From Macrostomum lignano (lineage: Eukaryota), in assembly GCA_002269645.1 (NCBI GenBank), contig NIVC01003571.1, positions 1-64,000 of the forward strand: DNA of 64,000 nucleotides, written 5' to 3'. The position numbers and the translations under genes are program-made. Below are positions 47,878-59,135 of this stretch, in pieces (the stretch's first letter is position 1; the number at the start of each line of letters is the position of its first letter). The notes beneath the pieces were generated by a model. It did not search any database and was not told the DNA's origin. It saw nothing but the letters and a program-made list of their open reading frames with translations.

Positions 47878-50868
47878 CAACAGCTCCGCTGCCTACCGCG
47901 GCTCCCCCAACAGCTCCGCTGCCTACCGCGGCTCCCCCAACAGCTCCGCTGCTTGCCGCCTCTCCCCCAGCAGCTCCGCTGCCTACCGCGGCTCCCCCAA
48001 CAGCTCCGCTGCCTACCGCGGCTCCCCCAACATTTCCGCTGCTTGCCGCCTCTCCCCCAGCAGCTCCGCTGCCTACCGCGGCTCCCCCAACAGCTCCGCT
48101 GCCTACCGCCTCTCCCCCAACAGCTCCGCTGCCTACCGCGGCTCCCCCAACAGCTCCGCTGCTTGCCGCCTCTCCCCCAGCAGCTCCGCTGCCTACCGCG
48201 GCTCCCCCAACAGCTCCGCTGCCTACCGCGGCTCCCCCAACATTTCCGCTGTCTACCGCCTCTCCCCCAGCAGCTCCGCTGCCTACCGCGGCTCCCCCAA
48301 CAGCTCCGCTGCCTACCGCCTCTCCCCCAACAGCTCCGCTGCCTACCGCGGCTCCCCCAACAGCTCCGCTGCCTACCGCGGCTCCCCAACAGCTCCGCTG
48401 CTTGCCGCCTCTCCCCCAGCAGCTCCGCTGCCTACCGCGGCTCCTCCAACATTTCCGCTGTCTACCGCCTCTCCCCAACAGCTCCGCTGCCTACCGCGGC
48501 TCCCCCAACAGCTCCGCTGCCTACCGCGGCTCCCCTAACAGCTCCGCTGCTTGCCGCCTCTCCCCCAGCAGCTCCGCTGCCTACCGCGGCTCCCCCAACA
48601 GCTCCGCTGCCTACCGCGGCTCCCCCAACATTTCCGCTGTCTACCGCCTCTCCCCCAACAGCTCCGCTGCCTACCGCCTCTCCCCCAACAGCTCCGCTGC
48701 CTACCGCGGCTCCCCCAACAGCTCCGCTGCCTACCGCCTCTCCCCCAACAGCTCCGCTGCCTACCGCGGCTCCCCCAACAGCTCCGCTGCCTACCGCGGC
48801 TCCCCCAACAGCTCCGCTGCTTGCCGCCTCTCCCCCAGCAGCTCCGCTGCCTACCGCGGCTCCCCCAACATTTCCGCTGTCTACCGCCTCTCCCCCAACA
48901 GCTTCGCTGCCTACCGCGGCTCCCCAACAGCTCCGCTGCTTGCCGCCTCTCCCCAGCAGCTCCGCTGCCTACCGCGGCTCCCCCAACATTTCCGCTGTCT
49001 ACCGCCTCTCCCCCAACAGCTCCGCTGCCTACCGCCTCTCCCCCAACAGCTCCGCTGCCTACCGCCTCTCCCCCAACAGCTCCGCTGCCTACCGCGGCTC
49101 CCCCAACAGCTCCGCTGCCTACCGCGGCTCCCCAACAGCTCCGCTGCTTGCCGCCTCTCCCCCAGCAGCTCCGCTGCCTACCGCGGCTCCTCCAACATTT
49201 CCGCTGTCTACCGCCTCTCCCCCAACAGCTCCGCTGCCTACCGCGGCTCCCCCAACATTTCCGCTGTCTACCGCCTCTCCCCCAACAGCTCCGCTGCCTA
49301 CCGCCTCTCCCCCAACAGCTCCGCTGCCTACCGCGGCTCCCCCAACAGCTCCGCTGCCTACCGCCTCTCCCCCAACAGCTCCGCTGCCTACCGCGGCTCC
49401 CCCAACAGCTCCGCTGCCTACCGCGGCTCCCCCAACATTTCCGCTGTCTGCCGCCTCTCCCCCAACAGCTTCGCTGCCTACCGCGGCTCCCCCAACAGCT
49501 CCGCTGCTTGCCGCCTCTCCCCCAGCAGCTCCGCTGCCTACCGCGGCTCCCCCAACATTTCCGCTGTCTACCGCCTCTCCCCCAACAGCTCCGCTGCCTA
49601 CCGCCTCTCCCCCAACAGCTCCGCTGCCTACCGCCTCTCCCCCAACAGCTCCGCTGCCTACCGCGGCTCCCCCAACAGCTCCGCTGCCTACCGCGGCTCC
49701 CCAACAGCTCCGCTGCTTGCCGCCTCTCCCCCAGCAGCTCCGCTGCCTACCGCGGCTCCCCCAACAGCTCCGCTGCCTACCGCGGCTCCCCCAACATTTC
49801 CGCTGTCTACCGCCTCTCCCCCAACAGCTCCGCTGCCTACCGCCTCTCCCCCAACAGCTCCGCTGCCTACCGCGGCTCCCCCAACATTTCCGCTGTCTAC
49901 CGCCTCTCCCCCAACAGCTCCGCTGCCTACCGCCTCTCCCCAACAGCTCCGCTGCCTACCGCCTCTCCCCCAACAGCTCCGCTGCCTACCGCGGCTCCCC
50001 CAACAGCTCCGCTGCCTACCGCGGCTCCCCAACAGCTCCGCTGCTTGCCGCCTCTCCCCCAGCAGCTCCGCTGCCTACCGCGGCTCCTCCAACATTTCCG
50101 CTGTCTACCGCCTCTCCCCCAACAGCTCCGCTGCCTACCGCGGCTCCCCCAACAGCTCCGCTGCCTACCGCGGCTCCCCTAACAGCTCCGCTGCTTACCG
50201 CCTCTCCCCCAACAGCTCCGCTGCCTACCGCGGCTCCCCCAACAGCTCCGCTGCTTGCCGCCTCTCCCCCAGCAGCTCCGCTGCCTACCGCGGCTCCCCC
50301 AACATTTCCGCTGTCTACCGCCTCTCCCCCAGCAGCTCCGCTGCCTACCGCGGCTCCCCCAACAGCTCCGCTGCCTACCGCCTCTCCCCCAACAGCTCCG
50401 CTGCCTACCGCGGCTCCCCCAACAGCTCCGCTGCCTACCGCGGCTCCCCAACAGCTCCGCTGCTTGCCGCCTCTCCCCCAGCAGCTCCGCTGCCTACCGC
50501 GGCTCCTCCAACATTTCCGCTGTCTACCGCCTCTCCCCCAACAGCTCCGCTGCCTACCGCGGCTCCCCCAACAGCTCCGCTGCCTACCGCGGCTCCCCTA
50601 ACAGCTCCGCTGCTTGCCGCCTCTCCCCAGCAGCTCCGCTGCCTACCGCGGCTCCCCCAACAGCTCCGCTGCCTACCGCGGCTCCCCCAACATTTCCGCT
50701 GTCTACCGCCTCTCCCCAACAGCTCCGCTGCCTACCCCCCCCCAACAGCTCCGCTGCCTACCGCGGCTCCCCCAACAGCTCCGCTGCCTACCGCCTCTCC
50801 CCAACAGCTCCGCTGCCTACCGCGGCTCCCCCAACAGCTCCGCTGCTTGCTCCGCTGCTTGCCGCCTA
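47878..50868. repeat. Same 30-bp minisatellite inverted, ~100 units
   Basis: Inner end of the right arm; source of the 882- and 890-aa repeat ORFs. Confidence 0.95.
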
Positions 50869-52032
50869 GCTCTTCCCCAACAGCTCAGCCCCTATCCAGG
50901 ATTTTAGGGAATTTACGACCAACTTGTCTGATCGGTTCCACGTTGTACACCGACAAAATAATGGTTAAAGACAGCGTGCAAGCTTCAAGACAGGGACATG
51001 TAGTTATCAACAAATCATTCTCTAGGAAGTTTGATCGGCACAAATATAATTGGCACCAGACATATTGCTTTTGACGATGTAAAAGAGACTTGCGCCAATT
51101 CAAATGGGACGGCATATGTTTCTCAAGCAACATCTGTGAAGCGAAGTCACAGGATTTATGAGTATTGCAAGACACAGCAGTGGCAGAAAGAAATATTAAG
51201 CTTAAGGTTGTGGAGTGAGTTGTTTTTTATTCAGGCTCGTATTTTGCGTTGGTTTAGCTTAAGCCTGTAGCAGAGAAAGTGGTCAAACTCGGGGAAAGTG
51301 GAAGTTAAAAAATTACTACGGTTAGGAATTAATTGAATTCCATTATATCAAGAATTTTTATTTAAATGTTACATCTAGACTAGATCCCTTCCCTTGGTTC
51401 TATAAGGGATCCAAAGATCAAATACTAAGTTTGCTGCTCATTCTGCTTTCCGTATACCTTGCTTGAGAAGCATATGGATCAGTAGGGAGTATGGCTAGTC
51501 TCGTCTAGATCTTCAACAGCAATACTACAGCATGACATTTTAGTGTATTTCAAGAGATTCAAACGGCCATTAGCTACGCTAGTAGCATTCAACAGCAGAT
51601 TGGTTTCGACGCCACGCAATGTAAAATTATTGGCGCAATGTTACGTCAGTACATGCGGAAGTATTTGTAATGCAGAACAGCGGCAGTAGCTAAATATTGA
51701 CATCCGAAGTTGAATTTTGCGACAATATTACACGCAATAAATAGCATTGACACCAAACGGTAAAAAGTAAAACACAAGAAAAGCACACGGAATTAAAAGT
51801 AAATAGTTTGCGTGGTAGGTTTGGAATTAGATCAGTGAAACAGTAAGAAGCATAAACTTTTGAATCGCGAGTACGCGATATGCACCATCACAGTTCGCAG
51901 CTGGGCAAATTATTCTGAAGAGACAACAACAAGGCAAACCGCCGGGGACTCAACAGAGTACAGTTCACAATGGAGGTGGTGTCAGATCAGTTTTCTCGGT
52001 GTGAGCTCTCTGAAGGCGGCAACAGAATTCCT

Positions 52033-52778
52033 AGCCGATCACCCCAGCGTCATCTAGCAAGCAATCCGCGTAGCGGCTCGCCCGGCCGTAGCCTCGGGGC
52101 CAGGGGCCCTGCATCGTGAGTAGCAGGACGTCCTGCACTGGTTGAGAACAGTAAGCCTCCGCCGAATGGTGTGGCCCGCCAGTTGAAGTCTTTGCCTGCG
52201 GAGGGTCTCGCTAGGTCGTCGCAGCAGTCTGGCAGCGCGGCGTCCTACAGGACAACTCGGATAGAGCGGAAGGCAACCCAGGCCAGGCCCCTGCGTCGCG
52301 CCAAGTCCTCCTGGACACTGGGCACAAGACTGCCGAGGTACGTGAAGCGCGTGCAGCGAGGTAGAGCCAATGCACGATCGTCGGGCATCCCAGCAGGTGA
52401 TTTTGATAGGCAGCTCCGCAGGTACACATCACCTGCCTCTTCTCGATGTTCACCGCTAGCCCGACCGATGCCGCAGCTGCCACCAGGCTGTCTAGCATGC
52501 GCTGGGCTCCCTCAGCCGTAGAGGCAAACAGCTCCTGGGTTACGCCGACTCCAGATGGCGGCTGTTTGTTTGCAGCCACAGTAGGAAGCCGTCCTCATCT
52601 GTTGGCAGGGCCCTCCGTAGCACCCCATCGAGCACCAAAACGAAAAGGTAGGCCGCAAGTGTGTCGCTCTGCAGCACCCTGAGGTCGTGTTGAACAGGTT
52701 GGACAGTACGTCAGGTGCCATTACGGCGGCGGTAGAGAGTTATGGTTGCTGCGACCAGTCGCTACGGCACGTAGAATG
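52033..52778 (-). pseudogene. RTE-like RT fragment, copy 3 (right arm)
   Basis: Inverse copy of 39330-40075. Confidence 0.8.
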
Positions 52779-54309
52779 ACCACAAGACCGATGCGAGGAT
52801 ATTCTGAAGAGAGGAAGGAGATAAATTCTTCTCCACTTCTTCTGAAAAGAATAGTTAAAGTTTAATTAGCAGAGCTACGAGGTGAGGCTGGAAAGAAGAA
52901 AAGGGGGGGGGGTCTGAAGGGGAGAAGAGGCTGGGGTCTAAAGGGGAGAAGAGGGTTTGAAGGGGAAGAGAGGGTGGGATCTGTAGGGGAGGAGAGGGTG
53001 GAATCTGAAGGGGAGGAGAGGGTGGAATCTGAAGGGGAGGAGAGGGTGGGTACTGAATGGAGGAGAGGGTCAGGTCTGAAGGGGAGGAAAGGGCTGGGTC
53101 TGAAGGGGAGAAAAAGGAGCAAAGCAAAGAGGAATAGCAAGGAGAATGGGGGACAAGGAGAATGGAGAAGGGAAATAGCAACAAGGATAGAGGAGGAAGG
53201 GAATGAAAAGGATAGAGGAGGAGGGGAAGTTCAGCAGGGAATATAAAAGAAAAAAACAGGAATAGAAGGAAGGTAAGAGAATAGCAAGGATGGGTAAGGA
53301 GAAGAATATCAAGGCTAGGGGAGAATAGCAAAGAGAAAAAGGGAGAGTGAAAGACCTTAAGCAAACTGACTTCAACTACTCAGAAGCTTCTAAAAGGAAT
53401 ATTTGAGCAACTATTAGCATATAAGGTAGGGCAGTTTAGCACAACTTGCCTAGTACGAGCTCGTAGATAGGTATATTAGGACTACTAGCCTTGTAGGGTA
53501 CAGAGTTGTTTAGCAACTACTAGTCAGGTAGATAGAGTGGATTTGTACCTAGAAGACTAGCAGGTTGACCCGCGAAGCCTAACAGACTATAAAGTAGATT
53601 AGCACCTATAAGTCTAGACGGTAGAATGATAGGTATTATATTTACTAGCCTAGTAGGTAGGATAGGCTACTAACCTAGTATAGTAGATAGAATCTAATCT
53701 AGGTTCATTATCCTGTTATTCCTCCTGTTATAGGAGGGTAGGAGCTGATGGCGGAGGCTAGGAGGGTAAGAGTTGGTAGAGGAGGGTAGGAGCTGGTAGA
53801 AGAGAGAAGGGAAAGTGTCGAAGGGTAGAGCAGGGCAGGGGAGAGTAGAAGGTAGGAGGGTAGGAAATGGTAGAAGGGCAGAGAAGGGTAGGAGCTGGTA
53901 GAGGAGAGTAGGGGGTGAGGCTGGTAACGGAGGTTAAGGCAATAGACAAGGGTATAGCTGCAGAGGAGGGGAGGAGCTGGTAGAAGAGGGTAGAGAAGGG
54001 GTAGAGGGTAGAGAAGGATAGAGGTGTGTAGGATAGTAGAGGAGAGTAGGAGGATAAAGGGTAGAGAAGAGTAAGGAGAGGATAGAAGAGTAGAGGAGGG
54101 TAGGGGGGCTGTCTGGGAGGGTTTGCCTGGGAAAGCTGCCTTGAAAGGTTTGCCTGGGGGCTGCCTAGGAAAGATAGCCTAGAAGGACTGCCTGGGAGGA
54201 ATTAATGATTAAAGCAACAAAAAAGCATTCATAAAAATACAAACAGCACATGTGGAGTGCACGGGGTGTAGGGAGTGCAGGGGTGCAGGAGTCAAAGAAG
54301 TAGAATTCT

Positions 54310-55241
54310 GCTGGGGTTAGGGCTAGGATAGTGAAAGGGCCAGTTCTGGGGGTCTAGGGCCAAGACTGGGATGGGGTAGGGCTGGCGCTGAGATGGGGTA
54401 GGGCTGGGGTGGGGTAGGGCTGGGGTAGGGTAGGGCTGGGGCTGGAGTGGGGTAGGGCTGGCGCTAGGGTGGGGTAGGGCTGGCGATGGGGTGGGGTAGG
54501 ACTGACGCTGGGGTGGGGTAGGGCTTGGGTGGGGTAGGGCTGGGGCTAGGGCTAGGGCAAGGGCAGGGGCTGGGGCTAGGGCTAGGGCAAGGGCAGGGGC
54601 TGGGGCTAGGGCTAGGGCAAGGGCAGGGGCTGGGGCTGGGGCTAGGGCAAATGCAGGGGCAGGGGCAGGGGCAGGGGCAAGGGCTTAGGCTAAGGCTAGG
54701 GCTTGGGCTAGGGCTTGGGCTAGGGCTTGGGCTTGGGCTAAGGCTAGGGCTAGGGCTAAGGCTAGGGCAAGGGCTGGGGCTAGGGCTAGGGCAGGGGCTA
54801 GGGCAGGGGCTAGGGCAGGGGCAAGGGCTAGGGCTAGGGCTTGGGCTTGGGCTAAGGCTAGGGCAAAGGCTGGGGCTGGGGCTAAGGCTGGGGCTTGGGC
54901 TTGGGCTAAGGCTAGGGCAAGGGCAAAGGCTGGGGCTAGGGCTGGGGCTGGGGCTAGGGCTGGGGCTAGGGCAAGGGCTAGGGCTAGGGCAGGATAGTGA
55001 TAGGGCCAGAGCTGGGGCAGGGATAACAAGCACTAAGGCTAAGGCCAGGGCTAGGGGAGGAACTAGGGCTAGGGCTAAGGTTAGGGCTAGATTAGGGGCT
55101 GGGATAGAGTGGGATAGGGCTGGGACTGGGCTAGTGCTTGAGCTTAAGCTAGAGCTGGCTGCTAGGGCTGTGGTGTGGCTAGAGCTTGAGCTGGGGCTTG
55201 ATCTCAAGCTAGGGCTAAGCTGGGGCTAGGGCTAGGGCTAA
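54310..55241. repeat. Mirror hexamer tract (CTAGGG-type)n, right arm
   Basis: Inverse copy of 36875-37800 with small unit-number differences. Confidence 0.9.
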
Positions 55242-56044
55242 GAGAATGAAGCCACAAATAAATGTAAAGCTATAAACAAGGGTAGAACCTAGTAGAAAAG
55301 GATAGAGATAGGTTGAAGAGGATAGGATCAAAAGGTAAGGGGAGGGTAAAAAGGGTAGAAAAGAGTATAAGGATAGAAGATAGAGAATAAGAAAAGAGGA
55401 TATAGAAAGATGAAAAAAGGGTTTACACCCAACCCAAGCATGCTAACTAAACATATTTTAATCCAATAAAAAGGCTAAATTCATGCTTTTATCTTTAGCC
55501 TAGGCTAAAGCTTAGGTAGGCTTAGCTATTTTGAATCAAATATAGACCTAATTAGAATATATTAATCCAAACCAAATATACTAAATCTCTAATATTTGCT
55601 TGTATGCTTAATTATTTATATTAGGCATAGTAGGCAGGCTTCAAGTTTACTCACTAATTCATTAGTCTAATTAATAGTATTATTAGGGTTCAACTTTTCT
55701 TTAGCCCTAGGCCTAGCACTATATATAACTTGGTATATATAAATTTTGGTAGGCTAGGCCTAGTATATTTAATTTTAAATTTCAATTCTATTTAGCAATG
55801 ATTTATTTTGGCTAGGCCTAGGGCTTAAATTAAATAGGTTTGATATCAAATCAAATAGTCAATTTTGTGTAAAATGGATTAAAAACTTAATAGGCCTACA
55901 TTAAAATTAAGTCCTTAAAGCTATAGAGTTCTATCCTAGGCTAGATAGAATTAAGGCCCTATACTATATCTAGGCAAGGCATAGCTAATAGCTAATATAG
56001 GCAACTAATACTATAATGCTTTGGCTAGAAATATATCAACAATA

Positions 56045-56309
56045 CCCTATTGCAGCGCATGGCTTAAGTACGCCAGACGCCTACACAACCTGCGCCACGC
56101 TGTGAAATGACTTACCTGTGAAAGAAACCCTAAAGTTTTGGGTAAACGGCAGGAGTAACTATGACTGTCTTATCAAGCCTAAATGCCTCGGCATCTAATT
56201 AGTACCGCGCCGCGCCGTACTAATCGCCGCGCGCCGTACACGCCGCGCCGCGCCGTATTAGATCCGCGCCAGACACCGTCCGCCAAAATGCCCATGCGCT
56301 GCAATCAGG
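56045..56309. mobile_element. MITE family A copy (265 bp), right arm only
   Basis: Inverse orientation to 27001-27274; TSD CAACAATA (56037-56044 / 56310-56317); empty site in the left arm at ~36060-36080. Confidence 0.9.
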
Positions 56310-58869
56310 CAACAATATAGACAAATCTGGCTCTGTTAATAAAAAATAATAACCCAGTCATATACTAGCAAATGGTTTACTAGTCAAGCTCTATTTTTTA
56401 TTTAGCAATTAACATTACTATTTATATATAGAAATACCATTATATTATATAGATAGGTCTTGGATATATGCGCCTTTTATATACCATAACACTAACTGAA
56501 GAAAAAGCATAAATTTTAGGGCCCATATTTTTAGGTGTATAGAACTGCTTAAATTAAATTAAGCCATTGGCATTGGCATTGCCAATATATATGTAAAATG
56601 TAAAAGGGTATAACCGTTTCAATGAAAGAACTTTTTTGTGCATATGTGCACAAATGTTTTCAATACAATGTAAAATAAAGCTAGAAATACATGCAGCGCT
56701 ACACCACTACATTCATTGCTGGGCTACAAGGCCATGTTTTCCGAGGATAGAATGGCCTCATGAGTGGGACACGGCTGTGTCGCCGGACTGTCTGGAAGCC
56801 GGCCTATTTAATATTATAATATAGCAATGAAATATACACTACTTTATAGCCAAGAACTTTTTCAAAGTCAAATATTTTTTAAATGGCCAATACAATATTA
56901 GCATTATAGCCAACTTTATAGCAATATCTGGTTATTTTTTCTAATTAGGTCTAAACCTAGAATTGCACTCACTCTTAGTCTCTCTTACTCTCTAGAATAA
57001 AAACTGATATTTTTTGCATATGACTATATGGGAAGCAAAGGCTTAGGCCCTACTTTTTTCTACTCAACTCAACTCACTCAACTACTAGGCCTACCGCCTA
57101 CCTACTACTAAACTTCTACCTGGCTAGGCCCACTGGGGCTGGCCTAGGCCTAGGAGTAGGAGTAGGCCTATACCAAGTGGCTAGATTACCTTTTAAACAA
57201 CACAATTAACTTGACTTAAATAAACCAGACTTGTTAGTTCGTTTAATACCATAGTATTAGAATTTAGAATTAGAACCAATTATTTTATTAAAAAATCTCT
57301 ACTAAGCTACAGGTACAGCACAACCTAGGTCTAATTCAATGCCTTATAGTAGTAAGCCTAGTTTAGGCATGTCATGTGTAGGCTTAGCCACACAGCCTTC
57401 ACCCCAGCTCAGTTTTAGAACTACATGGATTTTAGACCCTAGTTTCCTAGTTGCCGGCCAGCAGCACGCACGCACGTGCCTTCAGCGAGTAGAAAGCATT
57501 TAAATTTAAGCTGCAAGGGCCTAGGCCTACCGTCATGATGCATGTCTAAAACTAACTAACAAGAAACCCACAGCAGAAAGAGAGTCCTGCAACAAGCTAC
57601 TAAAACATGAATGCATTTATTGGCGCTAAAAAGTTAACTAGCTTTGTTGATATTGTAACAATCATTTTTCGATTAACCAGCAAGCTGAGACAGCAACCAG
57701 CATGCTGTCATACCGTAAACAAAAAACTTAAATCGTGCTGTTTTCGTTAGTTTTAAGCAAACACGGGTGACAATAAATGCTTGCAATACCAAAATAAGTG
57801 CTAGTCCTATAATAATACAATTCTCAAAATAATAGAAATGTAGGAATTCAGTCATATATGTGTAGGCTACATGTTCAATTCTAGGCTTTGTCACCTCCAA
57901 TTATAAAATCCATGGTCATAGAAACTCATGTCATCAGGTACCAACTAAACTGCAGAAATGGATACAGATACAGAATGGATTTGCATAGGCCTACTAAAAT
58001 TTGGATACGAATGCAGATTACTATTTTGCAGAATCAATGCAGATATAAAAAGCAGATGTAGAAAATCACTAGATTTAGTTCTATCAAAACATTGATTTAT
58101 ATTCTGTTTTATATTTAGTTCTATTTGATTTTTAGATGAATTTTTCTTATTTAAATTTATTGTGAATAATGATAGAAAATTGTTGTCTCCATTTAAAAAA
58201 AAAACAAATCAGATGAGGAAATCATCAAGAGACTTACATGTCTTTTACAGAATTGGCACAGGTACATGAAAACAAGAAACTAGTCTAGATTTGATCTAGA
58301 TTTGAACTATCTAGTTGAACTATTTAGAATCCAAACTTAAACTTTACATATTTGTGGTCTTCAGAAATACACATACACATGTTATATATATACATTTTTT
58401 CTATTAAATCTAGCAACAAAAATAACTTCAAAACTAATCAAATTTCTTATTTTCTACTATCAGTAGCATATCTCAGAGCAGCTTTAGTTTTCAAAATAGA
58501 GAAAAAGATTTTTTATCATTATTTCACAATAAATTTAAAGGAGAAAAATTTATTTGAAAATAGGACTTAAACAGAAACAGAAATAAAGCAGAATATAAAT
58601 CCATGTTACTTAACTAACTAACAGAACTAAACAGAACTAAATCTAGAGATTTTATACATCTACTATTTATATCCATATTGATTCCTCAAAAAAGTAACCC
58701 ACATCCATATCTGCATTTTAATATATGAATCCATTCCATATCCACATCCATTTCCACAATTTAGTTTGTACCTGTCATGTCAAGTACATTCTAGCCTATA
58801 GGCCTACTTAAGCTATAAGCTATGCAACTTTCACTTTACTATACAAGAGCTCATTACCATCGTCTATCA

Positions 58870-59135
58870 CATACATGCGCAACTGCTGGCCGACCTGGCC
58901 GATCTGGCCAACGTAAATTGTGGTGGACCAGGGGTAAGTCGCAAAAATGCCACCCCAAAGAATATGGACGTAGTACTAATTAGATGCCGAGGCATTTAGG
59001 CCTGATAAGACACTCCTGCCGTTTACCCAAATAAGCATTTATTTTGCTTTAGGGTTTCTTTCACAGGTAAGTCGCATTTTTGGTCAAAAAGTAAGTCGCA
59101 TGGCCAGTGTAAATCAGGGGGGTTGCGCATGTATG
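58870..59135. mobile_element. MITE family B (266 bp), hAT-like ends
   Basis: 14-bp perfect TIR CATACATGCGCAAC; perfect 8-bp TSD GTCTATCA (58862-58869 / 59136-59143). Confidence 0.88.

Larger units (their letters stand above)
34227..57769. mobile_element. Giant foldback element (23.5 kb) with ~8-10 kb inverted arms; P/Galileo-like end signature; apparently non-autonomous
   Basis: Termini CACCCGTGTTTGC...GCAAACACGGGTG; perfect 7-bp direct repeat ACAATAA (34220-34226 / 57770-57776); arms 34227-~42402 and ~47878-57769 are colinear inverse copies; no transposase matching these ends seen. Confidence 0.85.

Noticed and set aside
47826-51074. Very long ORFs (882, 890, 543, 389 aa) resembling mucin or antifreeze-type PTAAP repeats
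   Set aside because: They are translations of a stop-poor 30-bp minisatellite, open in several frames on both strands, with frame-breaking 29-bp units and no unique domain.
34227-57769. Palindrome as a pure sequencing or assembly artefact; also Polinton/Maverick or endogenous virus
   Set aside because: Arm-specific TE insertions with empty sites, SNPs and a 7-bp TSD argue against a read artefact, though spanning reads are still needed. There are no polB, integrase or capsid ORFs, and the ends and TSD do not fit Polintons (6-bp TSD, AG termini).
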